From assembly GCA_965216565.1 (NCBI GenBank), contig OZ244170.1, positions 1,696,001 through 1,760,000 of the forward strand: a DNA stretch of 64,000 nucleotides, written 5' to 3'. The position numbers and the translations under genes are program-made. Positions 9,876 to 18,944 of the stretch are shown here, one piece after another; position 1 is the first letter of the stretch; every line of letters starts with the position of its first letter. The stretch comes from Bythopirellula sp. Lineage in GTDB: Bacteria > Planctomycetota > Planctomycetia > Pirellulales > Lacipirellulaceae. Under the pieces are notes generated by a model, which saw only the letters and a list, made by a program, of their open reading frames with translations, was not told the DNA's origin and ran no database searches.

Positions 9876-10127
9876 TGGTTTCTCGCGGAGACGCAGAGAC
9901 GCTGAGGAGGGGCCTGGAACATACTTTGGGTGCCATGCCCACGTCGGTCTGCCTCCGTGGGCATGCATTATACGCATAGCATGCCCACGCAATTGTTGAA
10001 CTCAACTTCGCCACGACAATTAAGCAGTGGCGCGCGTGGGCATGGCACCCCGCATCAGACTATCCTGTTCATCCTGTCATCCTGTCTGAATATCTCCTCT
10101 GCGGCTCTGCGTCTCTGCGAGAACCAG
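9876..10127. repeat. Nested intergenic repeat composite (outer inverted repeat, inner REPIN-like doublet, catcctgt repeats)
   Basis: tctcgcggagacgcagagacgctgaggag ... ctcctctgcggctctgcgtctctgcgaga; gggtgccatgcccacg...cgtgggcatggcaccc at 9928-10050; atcctgttcatcctgtcatcctgtc at 10062-10086. Confidence 0.75.
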
Positions 10128-10128
10128 A

Positions 10129-12072
10129 CTACCCCGGAGTATCCAGATAGGGATCTTGTCCCATTTGACGCTGGACCTTCTGGCGTTCTTTCTCGTGGTA
10201 GAGCATGATCTTCCGATCGCGAAAGTGGCGTCGTTCGACGCGCCGCTGGGCTTTGTGGAACAAGTATTCAAGCCGATTTAGCGGCCCTGTGGCCCGTTCT
10301 CCTTGAGACTTGAGGCGCGCCGCTTTCTTTGGCCCCAACCCATACAGCAGAATTTCGTCGTCCAAGGCAAAAAACTGCCGGTACGTGCCGGGATCGCCCT
10401 GCCGCCCACACCTACCGATAAGTTGTCGATCGACTCGCTTGGCTTCGTGCAGTTCGCTACAAATCACGTGCAAGCCGCCGATCTCTTTCACCCCCTCGCC
10501 GAGCTTAATATCGGTACCACGACCCGCCATGTTGGTGGCAACGGTAACTTTGCCCAACTCACCCGCTTGGGCCACAATCTGTGCCTCTTGTTCTACATGC
10601 CTGGCATTGAGCACGACGGGTTGCAAACCGCGCTCAGCAAGCAGCCCAGCCAAGTGCTCGCTTTTGTCGATTGATCGCGTACCGATTAGTACAGGGCGAT
10701 TGAGTTGATGCTGCTCGTAAGCGTCTTCGACGATGGCGTCCCACTTTTTGTCGGCCGTTCCCAATACAACCGATGGCAGCTTCTTGCGAATGGGTGGTCG
10801 GTTGGTGGGGATTTCCGACACATTCACTTCGTAGATTTTGCTGAGTTCCTTGCGACTCGTTGATGCGGTACCAGTCATCCCCGCCAGACGCTGGTACCGG
10901 AGGAACATATCCTGAATGGTGATTCGCGCCGCCTGATTCGTGGCAAACGTTATTTCGACATCCTCTTGGGCCTCTACCGCCTGGTGAATGCCGGCCCGCC
11001 ACTTGCGGCCCTCGGCAAGTCGCCCTGTGAATTCGTCAACAATTACAATCTCACCGTCACGCACAACATAGTGGCGATCGAGAATCATCTCGCGCGCTAC
11101 TTTGATCGAACGCTGGATGTATTCGTAAATGGTCGAAAGCGGTAAGCGATCCATCGCGGAAGGTTTTTCAAGACCACGCACCAACTGACGTCCAGCCAAC
11201 GACAATTCGACCATACGGTCGTCGTGATCGTATTCGTAGTGCTCGTCCTCCACAAACTGCTCTTTGGCTACCGCAGCCCAGCGATACGCCTCGGCCGCAA
11301 TCTTTTCGTCCTCACCGGGCAGCGCACTGATAATGAGCGGCGTTCGCGCTTCGTCGATCAAAATACTATCGGCCTCGTCGACTAGCATGAAATGGAGTTC
11401 TCGCTGCACCGGCTCGTCACTCGTTCCGTTCGCCCCCGCGCCCATCATTTGCCCAAAGAGATCTTTGTTGCCCTCATTTTGTGAGCGAAGCAACAGGCGG
11501 TCGCGGAGGAAATCGAAACCCATTTCGTTGGCTGTGCCATACGAGACATCGCATTGATAGGCTTTGCGACGCTGCGGTTGCGGCTGTTGGCTTTGGATGA
11601 CTCCTACCGACATTCCCAAAGCCGAGTAGAGCGGGCCCATCAATTCGGCATCGCGAGCGGCCAGATAATCGTTGACCGTCGCCAAATGAGCTCCCTTACC
11701 ATCGAGGGCTGCCAAATACATCGGCAATGTGGCGGTCAAGGTTTTTCCTTCACCGGTCTGCATCTCAATGATCGAGCGATGGTGCATCACCGCACCGCCA
11801 AGAATCTGGACATCGAAGTGACGCATATTGAGAGTGCGACGCCCTGCTTCGCGGACTAAGGCAAACGCCTCGACCAGGAGCTTATCCAGCGTTTCGCCAC
11901 TACGTGCCCGGTACCGCAAACCTAGGCTAGTCTTGCGGAGGTCGTGTTCGGAAAGTTCTTTGTATTGCGATTCAAGTGCATTGACCGCCGAAACATAACC
12001 GGCGCAGCGTGCCACTCGGTCGCCGGAGACCGCACGCACATTTCGACCAAGTCCCGTTGGAATCCGAGTCAC
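10129..12072 (-). CDS. Short SecA paralog (SecA DEAD-like translocase)
   Basis: MQTGEGKT, TVNDYLAARD, GFDFLRD, VDEADSILIDEARTPLIIS, ATNMAGRGTDI, QLIGRCGRQGDPG; only 647 aa. Confidence 0.92.
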   Translation of the reverse strand: MTRIPTGLGRNVRAVSGDRVARCAGYVSAVNALESQYKELSEHDLRKTSLGLRYRARSGETLDKLLVEAFALVREAGRRTLNMRHFDVQILGGAVMHHRSIIEMQTGEGKTLTATLPMYLAALDGKGAHLATVNDYLAARDAELMGPLYSALGMSVGVIQSQQPQPQRRKAYQCDVSYGTANEMGFDFLRDRLLLRSQNEGNKDLFGQMMGAGANGTSDEPVQRELHFMLVDEADSILIDEARTPLIISALPGEDEKIAAEAYRWAAVAKEQFVEDEHYEYDHDDRMVELSLAGRQLVRGLEKPSAMDRLPLSTIYEYIQRSIKVAREMILDRHYVVRDGEIVIVDEFTGRLAEGRKWRAGIHQAVEAQEDVEITFATNQAARITIQDMFLRYQRLAGMTGTASTSRKELSKIYEVNVSEIPTNRPPIRKKLPSVVLGTADKKWDAIVEDAYEQHQLNRPVLIGTRSIDKSEHLAGLLAERGLQPVVLNARHVEQEAQIVAQAGELGKVTVATNMAGRGTDIKLGEGVKEIGGLHVICSELHEAKRVDRQLIGRCGRQGDPGTYRQFFALDDEILLYGLGPKKAARLKSQGERATGPLNRLEYLFHKAQRRVERRHFRDRKIMLYHEKERQKVQRQMGQDPYLDTPG

Positions 12073-12209
12073 TGACTACTCTCGAAGAAGATTGCGCCAC
12101 ATTTCTGAAATCCCTCTCCGAGTGGAAAGGGAATTCTTCTAACAATCATAACCCGAAGGACGACAATCAGAGTAGCCCTGGATTATCGTGCGATGCAAAT
12201 GGCAGGACC

Positions 12210-13262
12210 CTATCGCAGATCATTTTGCTGACGCTGCAGGACAGTGACGGTAAACGAGGCGACCGAAGCCCCGCTGCCTAGCTGCACAAGCTCCATACGG
12301 CCATGCACTGCCACATAGTCGCCGTCGTTGAGTGCTCCCAGAACTTGAGGATTAGCAATCAAAACGGCACCGCCAAATTGGTCGCGCGAGGCATTGAGCG
12401 GAATGTATCGCAGCTGCCATTGGCCGGTGGTTGACGATCGTTCCAGCTTTCCACGAAGCCAACTGTACTGGGGATCGAAGCCAAAGCGGTCGGCAACCTC
12501 GCTGGGCTCAGCTGCTAGCGGCTCAGCAGATTGCTCTACAACTGGTCGCGACACCTTCTGCTGTTCGCGGGCTGTACGGCTGCTGCCCTGGGGACGAAAA
12601 CCATCGCTGCCGATGCGGCGAGTTCCTTCTCGGCCCAACGCCGAATCCGTTGAGACCTCACGTAAAAACACGGGCCGCTGTTCGGCTGCGGGGATTGGCT
12701 GCTGAATGAACTGCACTTGCGCAGCTTCCGGTTGTGGTTGGCTGTACTGCTGAGGCTGATTGAACTGCAACGTCGATGCATTAGTGTCTGGCACCACAGG
12801 CTGGTTGATCTGAGGCGTTGGTGTGATTGCGGCGGACTGCTGGGTTGGCGCGAAGCGCAATGCTCCGTTGTCCGGCGGCACCTGGACCGATTCGACGGGG
12901 CCCAAAGCTAAGTTTGCTCCGGCTTGCTGAATGCCGCTAGGCGTTGGCGTGACATTACTCACAGGTGGCGCACCCCAACCGCTCGGCGGCGCTGATGCGG
13001 GAGGATAAGTAGATGCCGGAGGGTATGCAGCAGGCGGTGCGATCGGTGCCGGGGCGGACGTCGGTGACGACCCTGGCAGAGGATCGCCAGGATAGTAAGG
13101 TGCGGCTGTGCCCGGTGCCGGTGTTCTGGTGGCAGGGGGCGGTACAACCGCCGGGGCCATAAAGGGATTGGCAACAGGCAGGGCTTGGCTACGACACCCA
13201 AGTTGAAGACTCAGACATCCGATCAACAAACACGCCATCGAGATACAATTTATGCACCGCAT
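12210..13262 (-). CDS. Proline-rich putative lipoprotein with C-terminal globular domain
   Basis: Start re-assigned to MRCIN (GGAAGG RBS); lipobox-like LQLGC; Pro/Ala-rich linker; C-terminal YSWLRGKLE...WQLRY...DQFGG. Confidence 0.7.
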   Translation of the reverse strand: MRCINCISMACLLIGCLSLQLGCRSQALPVANPFMAPAVVPPPATRTPAPGTAAPYYPGDPLPGSSPTSAPAPIAPPAAYPPASTYPPASAPPSGWGAPPVSNVTPTPSGIQQAGANLALGPVESVQVPPDNGALRFAPTQQSAAITPTPQINQPVVPDTNASTLQFNQPQQYSQPQPEAAQVQFIQQPIPAAEQRPVFLREVSTDSALGREGTRRIGSDGFRPQGSSRTAREQQKVSRPVVEQSAEPLAAEPSEVADRFGFDPQYSWLRGKLERSSTTGQWQLRYIPLNASRDQFGGAVLIANPQVLGALNDGDYVAVHGRMELVQLGSGASVASFTVTVLQRQQNDLR

Positions 13263-13473
13263 CGGTAGCTTCCCTTCCACCCTACGGACAGTATGCGAGA
13301 AATCTATCCGGATCCCTATTTCCCGCGCGAGCCCCTGATTCCAGAGAGAGGCGAATGATAGCGAACCGTCCGAGGGTGTCCAGACGAACTTGGCGGGATA
13401 AAGAAAAACGGCCCTGGTTGCTATCAACCAAGGCCGTCGTTTGCAATAAATGTTTTCTAGCTTGCCACAAGTG

Positions 13474-13914
13474 CTAGCGGTCGAGTTCGGCAAGTCGAGT
13501 CGTCACATAGGGATTCAGCACTAACAGCGGTGCGGGAGCAGCTGGTGTGGCTGTTACCTGGTCCTCAGGTTCTTCGCTCACAGTTTCGATGCTGGTCTTC
13601 ATATGCGGGTTGATGATCTCCAGTGGGGATGCCTCTGCGGCCAGCTCTGGAGTTGAGTATCCCGGTGGATACGCAAACGGGCTGTAGCCGTAAGTACGTG
13701 GCACGGGAGCACTGTAATAAACAGGTGGGAACGCAGCGTAGTACGGAACGTTGTCGGCGAGTACGCCATAGAGACGTCCCAGATCATACACACCAAATCC
13801 GCCATAACCGTAACCGCAATTGTTGCCGTATTGAGCTTTGGCTTCGGGGGCCGAATACAGGCAGCAAACGGCCGCCACGACGAGGGAAAGTACTAACCGA
13901 GTTTTCATCGCCAT
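13474..13914 (-). CDS. Secreted Tyr/Pro/Gly-rich hypothetical protein
   Basis: Signal peptide ending AKA-Q; VPYYAAFPPVYYSAPVPRTYGYSPFAYPP. Confidence 0.75.
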   Translation of the reverse strand: MAMKTRLVLSLVVAAVCCLYSAPEAKAQYGNNCGYGYGGFGVYDLGRLYGVLADNVPYYAAFPPVYYSAPVPRTYGYSPFAYPPGYSTPELAAEASPLEIINPHMKTSIETVSEEPEDQVTATPAAPAPLLVLNPYVTTRLAELDR

Positions 13915-14077
13915 CTACCTCTTTAAGAAAGTCCGTAGTCGCGGTCGCGACTAAGCCAGGAATGAATGCCTTCTATTAGTCCAGGCTAATTGGACCGTGG
14001 GCCCCTCGCAACAATTCTTCCGATAGAAACAGTTTTAACGCTATGAAAATAGGGGCAAAACAATTGGTGGAACGTAT

Positions 14078-16123
14078 CTACCAAATGCGAATTCGCTCCT
14101 CCGCCGGCTTAAACAGCCCATCCCCCTCCAATAGCTCGAAGGCTTCGTAGAAGGGAGTAAAGTTCGTAACCGGTCCATTGGCTCGGTAGGCAGCCGGTGC
14201 ATGGGGGTCGGTCAGCAGACGGTTGACCATCTCTGCGTCCCGATACTGTCTCCGCCAACTTTGACTCCAACTAAGGAAAAATCGTTGAGGTCCCGTCCAG
14301 CCATCAATCTCGGGAGCCTCGTTGCCATCGAGTGAGAGCTCGTAGGCCTTGTAAGCAACAGACATCCCAGAAAGGTCGGCGATGTTCTCACCCAGCGTGA
14401 GCTGCCCATTCACATTGCGACCCGTTAGTGGCGAATAGCCCTCGTACTGTTCCACGAGTTTCCCCGTCAGGTCTTGAAACGACTTGCGATCTTCGTCGGT
14501 CCACCAGTTTTTCAGGTTGCCATCTCCGTCGAATTTACTCCCTTGATCATCGAAGGCGTGACTAATTTCGTGGCCGATGATCGCACCGATACTGCCGTAG
14601 TTGGCAGCGTCGTCGGCAGTGAAGTCAAAGTAAGGCGGCTGAAGAATTGCCGCGGGAAATACAATCTCGTTAAGTGAAGGGCTATAGTAGGCGTTCACGG
14701 TCTGCGGCGTCATGAACCATTCTTCGCGGTCGACCGGGCTGCCCAGCTTGTCGAGCATCCGCTGATGCTCAACTCTTGCGGAACGCATAAGGTTCCCCAC
14801 CAGATCGTTATCGCTAACTTCCAATGCCGAATAGTCTCGCCATTTGGTGGGATGGCCGATCTTGGTGTTTATCTTTTTTAGCTTTTCGTGGGCTCGCTCT
14901 TTTGTTTCGGGTGTCATCCATTCAAGCTGATCGATGCTTTCGTCAAATGATTGAAGCAGATTCTTGACGAGTACATCCATCCGCTCTTTGGCCTCAGCAG
15001 GAAAATGTCGCTCGACGTACATGCGACCAACTGCTTCACCCAGGGCACCCATGCCCCGCGCCCCAGCAATAGCCTCAACGGCCCGCTTCCAACGGGGCTT
15101 GAGTTCTTCCATGCCACGAAGTTGTTTGCCGTACAGTTCAAAGTTGGCTGCGACAAAATCTTCCGAGAGCGCCATCGCATAGGAATCGACAATGTGATAG
15201 CGCGTATATTGTTTCCAAGTATCCAAATCGGTTGTTTCAAGGATATCTTGCAACGCTTCCATAAAGCTGGGTGTGTTGACGTTTACATGTGCCAAATCCT
15301 GGGTGCCGGCTGAAGTGAAAAACTCGCTCCAAGCGATGTCGGGGGCCCGACCAATCAACTCCTGGATTGTGTGCTTGTTGTAGCGTTTCTCAGCATCGCG
15401 GAGTTCGGTACGCTCCCAATGGTGTTGCGCAAACTGCTTCTCCAGACTCAATATATCGCTGGCTATGTTTGGATCAGCAGGAAGTTCGGCCAATTCGAAA
15501 ATCTTGTTGATGTACGTTTTCAGCGCAGCGCGGGCTTTTTCATATTTCGGACCATCTTCTAGGTAGTAGTCCCGGTCTGGAAGGCTCAAGCCCCCTTGAA
15601 TAATCGCTGCCAAGTGCTGGTCGGACTGTTTGTCGTCCTGATCTACATAAAAGCCTATTGGGGTGGTCACGCCGATAGTTTGCAGATATCCCCAGTGACG
15701 AACTAAATCTTCCACATTGGAAATATCGTCTACCTTCGCAAGTTGCTCTCGCAGTGGCTCGATGCCACGTTGTTCGGTTTCACTGGTATTCATATAGCTC
15801 TTGAAAAAATCGCCGATCTTTTTTTCGTCGCTTCCGTCCGGGTAGTTACCGGTGGTCGTCTCTTTGAAAATCTCCAGCACGTGCTGTTGCGATTGATCGC
15901 CGAGAATCTCGAATGCCCCGTACGTAGACTTCTCAGCTGGAATCGGCGTGTGCTTGAGCCATTGACCATTGCCGGCGAGAAACAGATCGTCTTGAACACG
16001 CACGGACCGATCCATCCCCCGATTGTCGATACCAGAATTCAACTCCTCTGCCAGGACGACACTTGGGCAACAAGCCATAGCGATACAAGGAATCAGCCGA
16101 AAAAAACTAGAAGGGGAAAACAT
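14078..16123 (-). CDS. M13 family (neprilysin/PepO-like) metallopeptidase
   Basis: VNAYY, FPAAILQPP, HEISHAFDDQG, GENIAD motifs; signal peptide. Confidence 0.95.
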   Translation of the reverse strand: MFSPSSFFRLIPCIAMACCPSVVLAEELNSGIDNRGMDRSVRVQDDLFLAGNGQWLKHTPIPAEKSTYGAFEILGDQSQQHVLEIFKETTTGNYPDGSDEKKIGDFFKSYMNTSETEQRGIEPLREQLAKVDDISNVEDLVRHWGYLQTIGVTTPIGFYVDQDDKQSDQHLAAIIQGGLSLPDRDYYLEDGPKYEKARAALKTYINKIFELAELPADPNIASDILSLEKQFAQHHWERTELRDAEKRYNKHTIQELIGRAPDIAWSEFFTSAGTQDLAHVNVNTPSFMEALQDILETTDLDTWKQYTRYHIVDSYAMALSEDFVAANFELYGKQLRGMEELKPRWKRAVEAIAGARGMGALGEAVGRMYVERHFPAEAKERMDVLVKNLLQSFDESIDQLEWMTPETKERAHEKLKKINTKIGHPTKWRDYSALEVSDNDLVGNLMRSARVEHQRMLDKLGSPVDREEWFMTPQTVNAYYSPSLNEIVFPAAILQPPYFDFTADDAANYGSIGAIIGHEISHAFDDQGSKFDGDGNLKNWWTDEDRKSFQDLTGKLVEQYEGYSPLTGRNVNGQLTLGENIADLSGMSVAYKAYELSLDGNEAPEIDGWTGPQRFFLSWSQSWRRQYRDAEMVNRLLTDPHAPAAYRANGPVTNFTPFYEAFELLEGDGLFKPAEERIRIW

Positions 16124-16300
16124 AGAATCGATACCTCTATCTCTGAATCTGAATGTAATGATCTAAGTGTAGAATTGAGTGGGTTTGCCAATTCTACCTG
16201 AATCGCTGCAGACGGACGAGAGCGACTTGGAGGAGACGATCGAGTATTAAGTTCGCCTGCATCTCTACGGGACGAATGGCTGTTGGTAAGATTGAGGCTC

Positions 16301-17437
16301 ATGAATGTTGCCGACCTGACTTCCGATCTGAAGCAAAAAGCCGAGACACTTGGTTTCGAGCTGAGTGGCGTCTGTTCCGCGGATGCTCCGGCTGGTCTTG
16401 GTCGACTCGATGAATGGCTGGCAGCCGGCTACGCTGGTCAGATGCAATACATCGCCGATCGTCGCGAAGCCTATGCCCATCCAGGACACGTTCTCGAAGG
16501 CGTCCACAGCATCCTGATGCTTGGCATGCACTATCGAACTGAGGACCCCTGCGCTACGGTTGCAGGCGAAGGCCGCGTTTCGCGTTACGCCTGGGGATCG
16601 GCCGACTACCACAACGTAATTCGAGAACACCTACACCAGTTAGCAGATTATCTGCGGACGCTCGTTCCTGACGCCTTAACCCGTGGCGTTGTTGATACGG
16701 CACCGCTACTCGAGCGCGAGTTCGCTCAGTTGGCAGGGCTTGGGTGGGTGGGAAAAAACACTCTGCTCATCTCGCCCGACTCGGGCAGCTACTTCTTTCT
16801 TGCGGCACTGCTTACTGATGTCGAACTAGCAGCCGATTCCCCGCACGTCATCGATCATTGTGGTACTTGCACCGCGTGCTTAGAGGCCTGCCCCACGGAT
16901 GCCTTTCCGCAGCCCTATGTACTCGACGCCACCCGTTGCATCAGCTATTTAACGATTGAATTGCAGGATGTAATTGCAGAAGATTTGCGTCCAGGTATGG
17001 GCGATTGGCTTTTCGGCTGCGATGTGTGCCAGGATGTTTGCCCCTGGAACCGTCATGCCCCCCAATCGAAACAGATTGAATTTCAACCTCTCGAATCTAA
17101 TAATCCGCTTGAACTGGGCAAGCTTTTTGAAATGGACGAGGCGGCATTTCGAGAGCGTTTTCGGCACACTCCGCTGTGGCGGTCCCATCGGCGAGGTTTG
17201 CTCAGAAACGCAGCAATTGTGCTTGGTAATCAACGGGCGACCGGCTGCCTGAAGGTACTGGAACTTGGCTTAAACGACCCTGAGCCCTTAGTGCGGGGTG
17301 CCTGCGCCTGGGCGTTGGGGCAGATGCCCACCGGAACAGCCAGTGAAGTGCTGCAGCATTTTCTCTCCATAGAACAAGATCCGCACGTGGTGGCGGAGCT
17401 GTCTTCTGCCTTGGCAATGCAAAACGGACGATCTTGA
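16301..17437 (+). CDS. queG: tRNA epoxyqueuosine reductase
   Basis: VSRYAWG.DYH, VDTAPLLER, GWVGKNT, CGTCTACLEACPT, GCDVCQDVCPWN; C-terminal HEAT repeats. Confidence 0.95.
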   Translation: MNVADLTSDLKQKAETLGFELSGVCSADAPAGLGRLDEWLAAGYAGQMQYIADRREAYAHPGHVLEGVHSILMLGMHYRTEDPCATVAGEGRVSRYAWGSADYHNVIREHLHQLADYLRTLVPDALTRGVVDTAPLLEREFAQLAGLGWVGKNTLLISPDSGSYFFLAALLTDVELAADSPHVIDHCGTCTACLEACPTDAFPQPYVLDATRCISYLTIELQDVIAEDLRPGMGDWLFGCDVCQDVCPWNRHAPQSKQIEFQPLESNNPLELGKLFEMDEAAFRERFRHTPLWRSHRRGLLRNAAIVLGNQRATGCLKVLELGLNDPEPLVRGACAWALGQMPTGTASEVLQHFLSIEQDPHVVAELSSALAMQNGRS

Positions 17438-17493
17438 CGCACGAGGTGAGGCATTCAAAATAAATAGAGCCCTTTCCTAAACGTAAAACCGTT

Positions 17494-17529
17494 CCCCTAA
17501 CCCTTCTCCCGAAAACGGGGGAGAGGGGG
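17494..17529. repeat. REP-like palindrome (cccctNaccc..tctccc...gggagaggg family)
   Basis: cccctaacccttctcccgaaaacgggggagaggggg; similar copies at 56862 and 58554. Confidence 0.65.
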
Positions 17530-17545
17530 ATAGATTTTGTTTCTT

Positions 17546-18634
17546 ATGTTCAAAATTCCTACCCAACTACGTATCGGCCCGTTACTTTTGGATTCCCCCG
17601 TGATTCAAGCTGCGCTCAGCGGCTACAGCGACACGGCCATGCGACTGATTGCAAGACGTCTGGGCGCTCCTTACACGCTGTGCGAAGTGATGCTGGACAA
17701 GTTTATTCTGCAAGTGAAAAATCGGCCCAAGAATCACCACATCATGTACGTGGCCGAAAACGAGCACCCGGTGGGCGGCCAATTGATGGGCGCCGAGCCT
17801 GAAAAATTTGGCCCCGCCGCCAAGAAACTAGTCGAGCGCGGTTTCGACGTGATCGACATCAATTTTGGTTGTCCCGTGAAAAAGGTTTTGGGACGCTGTC
17901 GAGGCGGGTTTCATCTCAGCCAACCAGAAGTGGCTCTGGAAATCGTGGGACGAGTGCGTGAGGCCGTTCCGAGCCATATCCCGGTCACAGTGAAAATGCG
18001 TCGCGGCTTAGATGACTCCTCTGAAAGCCGAGACAAGTTCTTTGAAATTTTCGACGGCGCCTATTCTTTAGGCGCGGCGGCAATCACGGTGCATGGCCGA
18101 ACCGTCCAGCAACGCTACGATGGCCCCTCGCGGTGGGAATTTTTGCGAGAGTTGAAGAAGCACGCTGGCGAGCGTGTTGTGCTAGGCAGTGGCGACTTGT
18201 TCGACGCCCAAAGCTGCATCGACATGATGCAGTACACAGGGGTCGACGGCGTGACGGTTGCACGCGGAGCCATCGGCAATCCCTGGGTATTCCAGCAATA
18301 TCGGGCTCTAGCGGCGGGACAACCATTACCCGATCCGCCTACTCTGTTCGAGCAACGGGAAGTAATCGCTGAGCATTACTCCCTGGCCGAGGAATTATAC
18401 GGGGAGCAGCGGTGCGTCCCCACCATGCGAAAGTTTGGCATCAAATATTCTTGCATGCACCCCAATCACAAATTGGTACGCGCAGATTTCTGCAGCGTAA
18501 AGCAAGCGGGAGCGTGGCGAGACGTGCTCGAGAAGTGGTATGCAGTGAACGCACCCGGCGTTCACCCGCCCATCGAAGAGCCCAATCCGATTTCCCAAAG
18601 TCAATCCAACCTTATGACGGCATCCGCTGGGTAA
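17546..18634 (+). CDS. tRNA-dihydrouridine synthase (DusB-like)
   Basis: IDINFGCPVKKV, VTVKMRRG, ITVHGRT, GSGDL, ARGAIGNPW. Confidence 0.92.
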   Translation: MFKIPTQLRIGPLLLDSPVIQAALSGYSDTAMRLIARRLGAPYTLCEVMLDKFILQVKNRPKNHHIMYVAENEHPVGGQLMGAEPEKFGPAAKKLVERGFDVIDINFGCPVKKVLGRCRGGFHLSQPEVALEIVGRVREAVPSHIPVTVKMRRGLDDSSESRDKFFEIFDGAYSLGAAAITVHGRTVQQRYDGPSRWEFLRELKKHAGERVVLGSGDLFDAQSCIDMMQYTGVDGVTVARGAIGNPWVFQQYRALAAGQPLPDPPTLFEQREVIAEHYSLAEELYGEQRCVPTMRKFGIKYSCMHPNHKLVRADFCSVKQAGAWRDVLEKWYAVNAPGVHPPIEEPNPISQSQSNLMTASAG

Positions 18635-18673
18635 CGAATTGAGGAAGGCAGCTTTTCCTGAGGACTTTTTCTG

Positions 18674-18859
18674 ATGGCTACGCGATTAGCACAGCTCATA
18701 GTTTATGTTTTCATTCTGATTACTGTGGTCATTTTCTTCGTAGACTTAGTTTCGCGAGAGAAAAGCCTCCAGGGAACAGCCGATGCAGCAAAGTATGGGC
18801 TACCACTTTCTGTCGTATTGTTCGTCGCGTTCTATTGCCACTGCAAACAATCAAAGTGA
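18674..18859 (+). CDS. Possible small two-TM membrane protein
   Basis: 61-aa ORF with two hydrophobic stretches; GAGGA upstream; AT-rich. Confidence 0.35.
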   Translation: MATRLAQLIVYVFILITVVIFFVDLVSREKSLQGTADAAKYGLPLSVVLFVAFYCHCKQSK

Positions 18860-18944
18860 ATCTCTGCCGTTAAGTCTCTCGCCCCTCTGGGAATAGGCGA
18901 GGGAATTATTGCGCTCTGAAGTTGCTTCCCCTCGATTCCAAAGC

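Noticed and set aside
13263..13493. N-terminal extension of the 427-aa ORF
   Set aside because: The lipoprotein signal and RBS begin at 13262.
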